From Nitrospirota bacterium (lineage in GTDB: Bacteria; Nitrospirota; JACRHJ01), in contig CAWJRJ010000016.1 in the NCBI GenBank assembly GCA_963845245.1, positions 64,001 to 128,000 of the forward strand: a DNA stretch of 64,000 nt. The letters run 5' to 3'. The notes under the pieces are model-generated. The model was not told the origin of the DNA and made no database searches. It saw only the letters and a list, made by a program, of their open reading frames with translations. The position numbers and the translations under genes are program-made. How positions within the stretch are numbered: the stretch's first letter is position 1; each line of letters starts with the position of its first letter. Of the stretch, positions 1-8,970 are shown one piece after another.

Positions 1-102
1 AGGGAGGGTGGAAGCCCTACGATGACGCTTCTGGGGGACAGGCCCCTGCTGGTCGATATCGCGCTCTGGGTGGCGGCTGTCGTGGCGGTCATTTATTTTT
101 GA
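1..102 (+). CDS. 3' end of a UbiA-family prenyltransferase (decaprenyl-phosphate phosphoribosyltransferase-like), partial
   Basis: Frame 1 reads REGGSPTMTLLGDRPLLVDIALWVAAVVAVIYF-stop, resembling the GGSP..LL.D.PL..W C-terminus of this family. Confidence 0.55.
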   Translation, partial: REGGSPTMTLLGDRPLLVDIALWVAAVVAVIYF

Positions 103-128
103 TACTATATCCGGAGGGATGATTATTT

Positions 129-1211
129 ATGACGTCAAAAGTCGCAGTACTTAAGACAACCCCTGAGACAGTCCTTGCCGATTACGGGAAGGCCATGAGG
201 ATGGCCGGTTATCAGGATGTGATAAGGAAAGACCGGGACACCGCACTTAAGATAAACATATCCTGGCATGTCTTCTACCCTGCGTGTTCAACTACGCCCT
301 GGCAGCTTGAAGGCGTGATAAACACGATGCTTGAGGACGGCTATGATAAAGAACTGATACATGGCTGCCACAACCGCACCGTCGTCGTCTCGGCCAAGCG
401 TGGAGAGGTGGACAACAAGCACAAGGTCGTGATTGAGAAGTATGGCCTGAGGAACATCCACCTGTATGAGGACGAGGAGTGGATAACCTACGAGCCCAAG
501 GGGAAGATGCTGGTGCTGGACAAGATCTACCCGGACGGCATCCAGATACCGAAGCGGTTCATGGGCGAGAACATAATCCATCTCCCCACCATGAAGACGC
601 ATGTGTTCACCACGATGACGGGCGCCATGAAGAACGCGTTCGGGGGCCTGCTCCACGAGAAGAGGCATTTTACCCACTCCGTTATCCACGAGACGCTCGT
701 CGACCTGCTCACCATCCAGAAGGAGATTCATCCCGGTGTTTTCGCGGTGATGGACGGGACGTTCGCCGGGGACGGCCCCGGCCCCAGGTGCATGGTCCCG
801 CACGTGAAGGACTATATCCTGGCGTCTGCCGACCAGGTGGCCATAGACGCGGTATCGGCGAAGATGATGGGTTTCGACCCCATGAGCCTCCCGTTCATAA
901 GGCTTGCCCACGAGGCTGGGCTTGGATGCGGAGAGGTTAAGGATATCGAGATAGTAGGGGAAGACATATCCGAAATAAACTGGAAGTTCAGCAAGGGACA
1001 GAACACCTTCGCCTCAAAGGGGCAGAAGATGATATACTGGGGCCCGCTTAAGCCGCTTGAAAAGCTGCTGCTTCGGACGTTCATAGCGCCGTGGTCCTAC
1101 GTCGCTTCTATAGCCTACCACGACTGGTACTGGTATCCGATTATCGGGAAAGCGAGGGTGAGGTGGGCGCTTAACGAGACGAAATGGGGCAAGCTTTTTA
1201 AAAGCTATTAG
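129..1211 (+). CDS. DUF362 domain-containing protein
   Basis: 360 aa; LKINISW, HLPTMKTH..TMTGAMKNAFG, DG..AGDGPGP and DQVAIDA motifs; GGAGG RBS. Confidence 0.8.
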   Translation: MTSKVAVLKTTPETVLADYGKAMRMAGYQDVIRKDRDTALKINISWHVFYPACSTTPWQLEGVINTMLEDGYDKELIHGCHNRTVVVSAKRGEVDNKHKVVIEKYGLRNIHLYEDEEWITYEPKGKMLVLDKIYPDGIQIPKRFMGENIIHLPTMKTHVFTTMTGAMKNAFGGLLHEKRHFTHSVIHETLVDLLTIQKEIHPGVFAVMDGTFAGDGPGPRCMVPHVKDYILASADQVAIDAVSAKMMGFDPMSLPFIRLAHEAGLGCGEVKDIEIVGEDISEINWKFSKGQNTFASKGQKMIYWGPLKPLEKLLLRTFIAPWSYVASIAYHDWYWYPIIGKARVRWALNETKWGKLFKSY

Positions 1212-1212
1212 C

Positions 1213-1899
1213 CTAGGAGAACAGGTTGTACTTAACTATGCAACGCAGGGCTGAGAGGCCGTCCCTCCAGCCTATCTTCTTGCCTTCCTTATAGGTGCGG
1301 CCCCTGTAGGAGATGCCCACCTCATAGATCCGAAGCCCCCTTGCCGCGACCTTTGCGGTTATCTCCGGCTCGAACCCGAACCGCTTTTCCTTGATCTCGA
1401 TCCCTTTTATGGCATCTGTCCTGAACGCCTTGTAGCAGGTCTCCATGTCGGTGAGGTTCAGGTTTGTGAATACGTTTGAGGTAAGGGTGAGGAACTTGTT
1501 GCCGATGCTGTGCCAGAAATAAAGCACGCGCCGCTCCTCGGTGGTCAGGAACCTGGAACCGAATACCGCGTCGGCCCGGCCTTCGATAAGCGGCTTGAGA
1601 AGCTTTCCGTACTCTTGCGGGTCGTACTCAAGGTCGGCGTCCTGGATTATAAGGTAGTCACCGTTGGCAGCCGATATGCCGGTGGATACCGCAGCACCCT
1701 TACCCATATTGACGTCGTGGAATATAACCTGTTTCACCAGCGGCTTCAACTCGTTGAGTATTATATCGCGGCTCCCGTCGGTCGAGCCGTCGTCCACTAT
1801 TATAACCTCTTTATCGGTGGGCTCAGCACTCACCCGCGCCACCACTTCGCGGATGGTGTCCTTCTCGTTAAAGCACGGGATTATAACGGAAAGCGTCAT
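1213..1899 (-). CDS. GT2 glycosyltransferase (polyprenol-phosphate sugar synthase, DPM1-like)
   Basis: [39 protein letters not shown] and [10 protein letters not shown] motifs. Confidence 0.92.
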   Translation of the reverse strand: MTLSVIIPCFNEKDTIREVVARVSAEPTDKEVIIVDDGSTDGSRDIILNELKPLVKQVIFHDVNMGKGAAVSTGISAANGDYLIIQDADLEYDPQEYGKLLKPLIEGRADAVFGSRFLTTEERRVLYFWHSIGNKFLTLTSNVFTNLNLTDMETCYKAFRTDAIKGIEIKEKRFGFEPEITAKVAARGLRIYEVGISYRGRTYKEGKKIGWRDGLSALRCIVKYNLFS

Positions 1900-2066
1900 G
1901 CGGCAACCTCCATGAGAATTGGAGTACGATATAAATTAACATGGAATTGCATCATATGTCAAACATGATGGGAGGCTGCCCCGCGTTTTATTATTTACAT
2001 ATGCATCGCGGTAAATTAAAATAAGCAAGCTTGGCATCGTAAATTTACTCAATTGAGGAGGTACTG

Positions 2067-3198
2067 ATGTCTCAGTTCCTGGAGGTTGTGGAGTTTCTTG
2101 ACCCGTCCGGCGAGGACATGGTCCATCGTATTCCCGAGGAAGGCTCAGGCGAGCTGAAGTTCGGGGCCCAGTGCGTCGTGCGTGATTCCCAGGCCGCGGT
2201 ATTCTTCAAGGACGGCAAAGGCACCGACATACTCGGCCCCGGCCGCCATACCCTGTCCACAAAAAACCTCCCGATCCTCACCAAGCTGCTCATGCTGCCC
2301 TGGGGGTTTGAGAGCATATTCAAGGCGGAGGTCTACTTCGTCAACCGCAAGATATTCACAAACCTCAAGTGGGGGACGCGCGACCCGGTCGCATTCAAGG
2401 ACAGCGAACTGGGCATGGTGAGGCTGCGGGCCTTCGGGAACTACACGCTCCAGATCAACCAGCCGCTGCTCTTCGTAAACTCACTCGTCGGCACGCAGGG
2501 AGTCTATACGACCGAAGCGATAGGCGACTACCTCAGAGACGTTATAATCTCGCGGCTCAACGACCTGCTTGGCGAGAGCCTCGACACCATCCTCGACCTG
2601 CCCAAGAGCTACGATGAGCTTGCAGTAGCCGTGAAGGCCAGGCTCGTGGACGATTTCGGCCGCTACGGCATGGAGCTTAAAGACTTCTACGTAAATTCGA
2701 TCACGCCTCCCGAGGAGGTCCAGAAGGTGATCGACCAGCGCTCCGGCATGGGCGCGGCAGGCGACCTCGACCGCTTCATGAAGTTCAAGGCGGCGATGGC
2801 GCTTGGCGATGCGGCAAAGTCCGAGGGCGCAGGCGCGATGGGTGCGGGGGTTGGTATCGGCGCAGGCGCGGGCCTTGGCATGATGCTGCCGGGGATGATA
2901 TTCAAGCACGATGAACAACGGCAACGGCTCGCCTGAGAAGATCGCGGCCAGGGGGACGGTGAACTGCCCCAAGTGCCACAGCGACGTCGCGCTGGACGCG
3001 CGCTTCTGCCCCAAATGCGGCCACCAGATGGTCGTGATGAACAAATGCCCGTCCTGCGGCAAGGACCTGCCCGCGGAGGCCAACTTCTGCATGGCCTGCG
3101 GCATGGACCTGAAGCAAAAATTAAATTGCCCGAAGTGCAGTACGCCGCTTCCTCCCGGCACCAAGTTCTGCACCGGCTGCGGCGAAAAGATAACATAG
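2067..3198 (+). CDS. SPFH (YdjI-like) domain protein with C-terminal zinc ribbons; frameshift near 2905-2935
   Basis: ORF 2067-2936 has KWGT.DPV, LRAFG and SITPPEEVQK motifs; ORF 2911-3198 has six CxxC; the two join across one indel. Confidence 0.8.
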
Positions 3199-3216
3199 CT
3201 AGAATGAAAACCTGAG

Positions 3217-4707
3217 ATGCCTTTAAGCGTTTCCACAAAATGCCCTTCCTGCGGCGGGGACCTGGAATTCGAGCACGGTTCAAATGCCGTACGCTGCGGT
3301 TTCTGCGGCTCAAGCCATGTCGTAACCGGACACGGCCGTTCGCTGTCCTATTTCATCCCCGAGACAATAAGCGTAAAGATGGCCGCGGGTAAGGCGTTGG
3401 TGAAGCTGAGGGAGGATGGCGGCAACTGGAAGGTGAAGGAGGCTACACTCTTCTTCGTGCCGTTCCACCATTTCATCGGCCAGGACCTCTACTGGGAGAT
3501 GGAAGAAGAAACCATAAGCGAAGGTGATGAAGGCGGGGTATTAAACGTCAGGATAAGCTCTTTCGGCGGGATAGGGTTCGGCGGATTTCTGGGCAGCCTC
3601 GGAGATGAAGTCGGGCATGGGGCTCCTCGGCTGACGGAAAAGCGGTTTGAGATGTCCACCCGGCACATTGACCGGACGCTCCCGGCTTTGGACGTGCCGG
3701 AGCTTAACGTGTTCTCCCTGGGCCTTCGGCCCGAGGTCTTAAAGCTTTCTCTGTTCCAGAAGGATGCGGTACTGGAGCGCGGGCAGCTATCCCCTGTAAA
3801 GGTGGAGGGCCGGGATGCCGAGGAGCGGGGCTATTCCCCGTTAAGGCCCGGGGACATAATCGCGCGCAGGGTCATAGGCAAGACGAGGAGCATCATACAC
3901 TTCCCGTTCTGGGTAATAGAGGCCTCCGAAGACGGGAGGGAGGATGGGGCCATAGCCGTAGTGGACGGTGTCAGCGGAGACGTAACAAATACCAATGCCC
4001 CGGTTTCCATGCTGGACAAACTCATCGACAAGGACGGCGACCATTATGAGATCGTTGGCCTGAGGCCCTTGAAATGCCCGGACTGCGGGGCGGACCTGCC
4101 GGTGCGACCGAAGGACGTGGTGTTCTTCTGCGCAGGCTGCGGCAAGGCATGGTATATCAGCGGGACGGAGCTTACCCAGGTCCCGTATACCGCGATGCCG
4201 CCCAAAATGGGGGCGGCCGAGATGGAATATATGCCCTTCTGGGTCGTCGAGGCAAGGGTAGTGTCCGGCGGCGAGTCCATCGAGAACAAATATGAACTGA
4301 CAAAACTGGCCCCGGGCGTCAGGGTACCTCAGGAGGAAGACAAAAAGGTCCCTCTGCGCTTCTTCGTGCCAGCCTTCGAGTTAGGCAACCTCAACATACT
4401 GTCGAGGTTCGCTTCAAGCTTTACACGTTCACAGCCGGTATGGCAGGTGCAGGACGACGGGCCCCAAGGCCGTATCACTCCGTCCCGGGGGTGCTTCATC
4501 TCGCCCGAGGATGCCCTTGAGCTTGCCCCTTTGACCCTTTTCTCCCTCATCCCCAAGGGGAACAAACGGGCGCTGAAGTTCGCCCTCGAGGCAAAGGTGG
4601 AGGTGAAAGGGGCGGCCCTGGCCCTTGTGCCATTTACGAAGTCCAGGACGGATTATGTGGACGGGATCCTGGGCCTTTGCATGCCTGAAGCGGCCCTCCG
4701 GGACTAG
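3217..4707 (+). CDS. Hypothetical protein with two zinc-ribbon modules
   Basis: CPSCGG..CGFCG at the N-terminus and CPDCGA..CAGCG mid-protein; repeated F/Y-x-PF(W/H) motifs; directly follows the SPFH gene. Confidence 0.65.
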   Translation: MPLSVSTKCPSCGGDLEFEHGSNAVRCGFCGSSHVVTGHGRSLSYFIPETISVKMAAGKALVKLREDGGNWKVKEATLFFVPFHHFIGQDLYWEMEEETISEGDEGGVLNVRISSFGGIGFGGFLGSLGDEVGHGAPRLTEKRFEMSTRHIDRTLPALDVPELNVFSLGLRPEVLKLSLFQKDAVLERGQLSPVKVEGRDAEERGYSPLRPGDIIARRVIGKTRSIIHFPFWVIEASEDGREDGAIAVVDGVSGDVTNTNAPVSMLDKLIDKDGDHYEIVGLRPLKCPDCGADLPVRPKDVVFFCAGCGKAWYISGTELTQVPYTAMPPKMGAAEMEYMPFWVVEARVVSGGESIENKYELTKLAPGVRVPQEEDKKVPLRFFVPAFELGNLNILSRFASSFTRSQPVWQVQDDGPQGRITPSRGCFISPEDALELAPLTLFSLIPKGNKRALKFALEAKVEVKGAALALVPFTKSRTDYVDGILGLCMPEAALRD

Positions 4708-4754
4708 GCTTTAAAGCCTCCGTAAATAACTCGATTAAAATTATAAATAGACCC

Positions 4755-4807
4755 TTGACATCCCCATATATTGTGTGTAGTATTTCTTCAGCTACAACAT
4801 GGTATAC
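4755..4807 (+). promoter_or_regulatory. sigma70 promoter of nrdJ with NrdR boxes
   Basis: TTGACA (4755-60), 17 bp, TAGTAT (4778-83); TCCCCATATATTGTGT (4761-76) matches the NrdR box acaCwAtATaTwGtgt; weaker second box CTACAACATGGTATAC 31 bp downstream. Confidence 0.75.
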
Positions 4808-4915
4808 AGTAATTCGCTTTAGCCAGCCGTTTTCCCCTTTGATTTAAATAGCAATACCGGTCTTAAAACGTTAAAATATATATTATAAGGTATTTATTCA
4901 CGCTGGAGGCATCTT

Positions 4916-7372
4916 ATGAGCGCATTTGACGAGTTCGGTGCTGGATCAGTTGACGGAATGTCTCTCTTTGACACTCGCCAGAACGACATTTTCAGCCTTG
5001 GGCAGGACGCCACTGCCGAGCAGACGAAAAGGCCCGTCGCGTCTTCCAGCCCGGAACCTGCTGAAAGCGTAATGACAGCAGAAAAAAAGCCGGAGAAAAA
5101 GAAATCATCCGGTCACAAAAATAGAAAGGAACTAAAATTGACACCGAACGCCATGACGGTGCTTGAAAGGCGGTACCTCAAAAAGGACGTCAACGGAAAG
5201 ACGATCGAGCGGCCTGAGGACATGTTCCTTCGCGTTGCGGGTAACATTGCGCATGCGGAGAAGAACTACGGCGCTACTGACGCGGACGTGGAGGCCCTCA
5301 CTGAGGTCTTCTACGGCATGATGACCGCGCTCGACTTCCTGCCGAACTCGCCCACGCTGATGAACGCGGGCAGGGACCTCCAGCAGCTCTCGGCGTGCTT
5401 CGTCCTGCCTATCGAGGACACGATGGAGAGCATCTTCTCCACCATAAAGAATACCGCACTCATACACCAGTCGGGCGGCGGGACGGGTTTCTCGTTCTCA
5501 CGCCTGAGGCCTGCAAACGACAAGGTGGCCTCCACCGGCGGCGTGGCATCCGGGCCGATATCGTTCATGAAGGTATTCAACGCCGCGACCGAGGCGGTGA
5601 AGCAGGGCGGGACAAGGCGCGGGGCCAACATGGGCATCCTGCGCATAGACCACCCGGACATCATCGACTTCATAAACTGCAAGCTGGACAACGACGACCT
5701 GAACAACTTCAATATCTCGGTCGGCATCACGGAGGCCTTCATGCACGCGGTGGAGGAAGGCACCGACTACGAACTGAAGAACCCGCGCTCCGGCGAGCCG
5801 GTAAGCAAGCTTAACGCGAAAGAGGTGTTCGACAGGATAGTGGAACTGGCCTGGAAGACGGGCGACCCCGGCATCATATTCCTGGACAGGCTGAACCGCG
5901 ACAACCCGACGCCGCAGGTGGGCGAGATAGAGTCCACGAACCCGTGCGGAGAGCAGCCGCTCCTTCCGTACGAGTCATGCAACCTTGGCTCCATAAACCT
6001 GTCGAACATGGTGAAGGCCGGCGCGGTCGACTGGGACAAGATAAAGGACACCGTGCACAAGGCGGTGCATTTCCTCGACAACGTCATCGACATGAACAAC
6101 TACCCGCTTGACCAGATAAGCAAGATGACGAGGAGCAACCGCAAGATCGGCCTCGGCATCATGGGCTTCTCCGACATGCTGATAAAGCTCGGCATCCCCT
6201 ACAACTCGGAAGAGGCGATATCCGCCGGGCGCGAGATAATGCGCTTCATAGACGAAGAGGGCAAGAACGCCTCCGAGGACCTGGCGAAAGTGCGCGGCAC
6301 GTTCGATAATTTTGCAGGCAGCAAGTTCGACAAGCCGGGCGGCCGGAAGCTAAGGAACGCCACGGTGACGACCATTGCGCCCACAGGCACGCTCTCCATC
6401 ATAGCGAGCTGCAGCAGCGGCATCGAGCCGCTCTTCGCCGTGTCCTATGTGCGCACCGTTATGGACAAGGATGAGCTTATAGAGGTGAACCCATACTTCG
6501 AGGCGGTGGCGCGCGAGCGCGGCTTCTATTCCTCGGAGCTGATGAAGATGATTGCGCACCATGGCACGGTGGCCGACATAAAGGATGTGCCTGAGGACGT
6601 CAGGCGGTTGTTCGTTACGGCGCACGACATCGAGCCCAAGTGGCACGTGAAGATGCAGGCTGCGTTCCAGGAGCACACCGACAACGCCGTCTCAAAGACC
6701 GTCAACTTCCCGCACGACGCGACCCCGGCCGACGTCGCCGAGGTGTACATGCTCTCATACCGCACCGGCTGCAAGGGTGTCACGATATACCGCGACGGCT
6801 CAAAGGACGAGCAGGTGCTCTCGACCGGCAAGACCAAGCAGGCCAGGAGCGCGGAGGTTGCACCGCAGCCGACTGAGGCTCCGGTGGTCGGCAAGATCAT
6901 GCCGCGCCCGCGCCCCGAGCTTACCCGTGGCTACACACGCCAGATAAGCACCGGCTGCGGCAGGCTGTACATCACGATCAACGAGGACGAGCAGGGTCTC
7001 TGCGAGCTGTTCGCCAGCATGGGCAAGTCCGGCGGCTGCGCCACCTCCCAGACCGAGGCCACAGGCAGACTCGTCTCTCTTGCGCTTCGTTCCGGGGTTG
7101 ACCCGACCTCCATCGTCGACCAGCTCAAGGGCATACGCTGCCCGTCGCCCGCATGGGTGTCAGGCGCAACGGTCTATTCCTGCGCGGACGCCATTGCGCG
7201 CGTGCTCGAAGAATACATCGCCAGGGGCAAGGCCGACGCGGGCGGGAACAAGGCATACGGCAGCGACAACCTCATGAACGTATGCCCGGAGTGCCCGGAG
7301 TGCGGCTCGATGGTCTCATTCGCGGAAGGCTGCGTGGTCTGCCATTCCTGCGGATTCTCAAAGTGCGGCTGA
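4916..7372 (+). CDS. nrdJ: Vitamin B12-dependent (class II) ribonucleotide reductase
   Basis: FLPNSPTLMNAG, SACFVLP, GGTRRGANM, TNPCGEQPL, TIAPTGT, CKGVTIYRDGS; C-terminal TSCPD-like (SCAD) domain and Zn ribbon. Confidence 0.96.
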   Translation: MSAFDEFGAGSVDGMSLFDTRQNDIFSLGQDATAEQTKRPVASSSPEPAESVMTAEKKPEKKKSSGHKNRKELKLTPNAMTVLERRYLKKDVNGKTIERPEDMFLRVAGNIAHAEKNYGATDADVEALTEVFYGMMTALDFLPNSPTLMNAGRDLQQLSACFVLPIEDTMESIFSTIKNTALIHQSGGGTGFSFSRLRPANDKVASTGGVASGPISFMKVFNAATEAVKQGGTRRGANMGILRIDHPDIIDFINCKLDNDDLNNFNISVGITEAFMHAVEEGTDYELKNPRSGEPVSKLNAKEVFDRIVELAWKTGDPGIIFLDRLNRDNPTPQVGEIESTNPCGEQPLLPYESCNLGSINLSNMVKAGAVDWDKIKDTVHKAVHFLDNVIDMNNYPLDQISKMTRSNRKIGLGIMGFSDMLIKLGIPYNSEEAISAGREIMRFIDEEGKNASEDLAKVRGTFDNFAGSKFDKPGGRKLRNATVTTIAPTGTLSIIASCSSGIEPLFAVSYVRTVMDKDELIEVNPYFEAVARERGFYSSELMKMIAHHGTVADIKDVPEDVRRLFVTAHDIEPKWHVKMQAAFQEHTDNAVSKTVNFPHDATPADVAEVYMLSYRTGCKGVTIYRDGSKDEQVLSTGKTKQARSAEVAPQPTEAPVVGKIMPRPRPELTRGYTRQISTGCGRLYITINEDEQGLCELFASMGKSGGCATSQTEATGRLVSLALRSGVDPTSIVDQLKGIRCPSPAWVSGATVYSCADAIARVLEEYIARGKADAGGNKAYGSDNLMNVCPECPECGSMVSFAEGCVVCHSCGFSKCG

Positions 7373-7390
7373 GTCTCAGGTTTGTACTAA

Positions 7391-7687
7391 TTGCAGACGG
7401 AGGGATCGTTGAATTATAGTATCAAGGCCTTCATTTCCAGGGACGGGGACGGTTATACCGCCGAATGTCTCGACGTGGCCGCGAAGGTCCACGGAAAGAC
7501 CCTCGACGAGACGGTCGAGAACCTGCGCCACGAGATATGCAGATGCATGACCGGCGTGGACCTCGGGATGCTCGGCCTGGTGGACGACCCGACCCTGTTC
7601 ATCACGTTTGAGGACGTTCCTATCCCGGCCAGGCCGATGGTGTGCCATCCCCAGATACCGATGCTGGCGGAAGAACATTTCTCATGA
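7391..7687 (+). CDS. HicB-like fold small protein
   Basis: DGYTAECLDVAAKVHGKTLDETVENLRHEI resembles the HicB partial RNase H fold. Confidence 0.55.
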   Translation: MQTEGSLNYSIKAFISRDGDGYTAECLDVAAKVHGKTLDETVENLRHEICRCMTGVDLGMLGLVDDPTLFITFEDVPIPARPMVCHPQIPMLAEEHFS

Positions 7688-7861
7688 TGACGGAAGAGCA
7701 GAAGAAAAAGATCCGCGAGGCGGCGAAGGACAACAAGCTGCCCTGCGCGAAGGCGTTCCAGCTATCCAAAGGAGCTTGACCTGTCGATTAAAGCGATAGG
7801 CGAGTTCTGCAACGAAGAAAATATCCGCATCAAGAACTGCCAGTTAGGTTGCTTCCCGTAA
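7684..7861 (+). CDS. Small Cys-containing hypothetical protein (~58 aa); +1 frameshift near 7770
   Basis: Removing one base gives MMTEEQKKKIREAAKDNKLPCAKAFQLSKELDLSIKAIGEFCNEENIRIKNCQLGCFP; absent from the ORF track. Confidence 0.65.
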
Positions 7862-7961
7862 CCCCGTAGTTCTCTCCGGCATTGTTTTTTCTGCCTGACG
7901 CAGGTATCGTCGACCTCGCAATTGGCTTGACCGTGAATTATTTTTATGCTCTAATATCATT

Positions 7962-8154
7962 ATGAAGATACGTGTGGTAATAGAAAAAGATGAAGACGCT
8001 TTTGTGGCGCATTGTCCAGAACTTCCAGGTTGCCAGAGCTTTGGATATACCGAGGAAGAGGCAAGGAAGAACATCGAAGAAGCCATAAGGCTCTACCTGC
8101 GGCCCATCAAAACCGCTTCCGAAAGATGCCAGTGTCTATGAGATAGCAGTTTGA
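7962..8154 (+). CDS. hicB: HicB family antitoxin (short, no DNA-binding domain); +1 frameshift near 8103
   Basis: MKIRVVIEKDEDAFVAHCPELPGCQSFGYTEEEARKNIEEAIRLYL; corrected stop overlaps the hicA TTG start. Confidence 0.85.
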
Positions 8155-8387
8155 CTCCGAGGATGCCTCGACCATCCGTTGACGAGTTAATACGCGCTAT
8201 CAAGAAGGCAGGATTCGAACTCATAGACCAAGAGGGCAGCCACCAGAAATGGCGACACCCAATTACAGGCAAACAGACCATTATTCCCTACCATAAAGGC
8301 GAGACGGTAAGACCGAAACTGCTTAACAGCATCCTGAACGGTGCTGGGCTTACTGTGGACGATTTCGTAAAACTATTAAATAAATAA
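8151..8387 (+). CDS. hicA: HicA family mRNA interferase toxin
   Basis: GFELIDQEGSHQKWRHP...IIPYHKGETVRPKLLNSILNGAGL. Confidence 0.9.
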   Translation: MTPRMPRPSVDELIRAIKKAGFELIDQEGSHQKWRHPITGKQTIIPYHKGETVRPKLLNSILNGAGLTVDDFVKLLNK

Positions 8388-8443
8388 TTAGGTCACAGAA
8401 CATTTGACCCCCAAACTGAGATACTCCCAATTTCTTTCATGCC

Positions 8444-8498
8444 TTGACATCTAAATACCGAAAAGAGATAATAATGGCGGGAGCAATCCCGCCGTTAT
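8444..8498 (+). promoter_or_regulatory. sigma70 promoter overlapped by a GNRA-capped hairpin
   Basis: TTGACA (8444-49), 17 bp, GATAAT (8467-72); then ATAATGGCGGGA-GCAA-TCCCGCCGTTAT. Confidence 0.55.
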
Positions 8499-8523
8499 AG
8501 TTTTAAACCCGCAGGTGTAAAAG

Positions 8524-8848
8524 ATGAATCAGGATAACCGGACTAAAAGGAACACCGCGAATAGTGGTGATAGTCCTGGTCTGTATCGGGCTGGCGCTAA
8601 GGGGCCTCCCGAAGTCCGTCCCGGACCAGACGAAGGCCGTGGCGGTCGTGGTCGTCGCCTTCGCGTTTATCGGATTAATAATCTTCGGGTTTATCAAGGG
8701 CAGGAAGAAAAAGCCGAAGGTAAGCGGCAAGGACAGGAAGAAGTTCAAGACGATAAACGGCGGACTGTCAACCGTACCCAAACCGAATAAAAAGTCCCCT
8801 GAACACCTCAAGGTCATCTCATCCGGCAAGAGCGGCAAGCGGCAATAG
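8524..8848 (+). CDS. Small two-TM membrane protein with a Lys-rich tail; frameshift near 8560
   Basis: ATG 8524 joins ORF 8564-8848 after removing one A; two hydrophobic segments. Confidence 0.55.
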
Positions 8849-8874
8849 CCGACCAAAGTTCTGGATTCCCGCAG

Positions 8875-8921
8875 CCCTCACCCGGCGCTTCGCGCCACCC
8901 TCTCCCATAACATGGCGAGGG
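8875..8921. repeat. REP/MITE-like palindromic repeat, family A
   Basis: CCCTCACCCGGCGCTTCGCGCCACCCTCTCCC-N-GGCGAGGG; near-identical copy at 44975-45020. Confidence 0.7.
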
Positions 8922-8970
8922 TTATATGGAGGATATCCACGGAGGGCGGGAATGACGATCAAATCTACCG

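Noticed and set aside
4710..4915. Cobalamin riboswitch upstream of nrdJ
   Set aside because: The leader is short and AT-rich with no B12-box-like sequence; NrdR boxes explain the region
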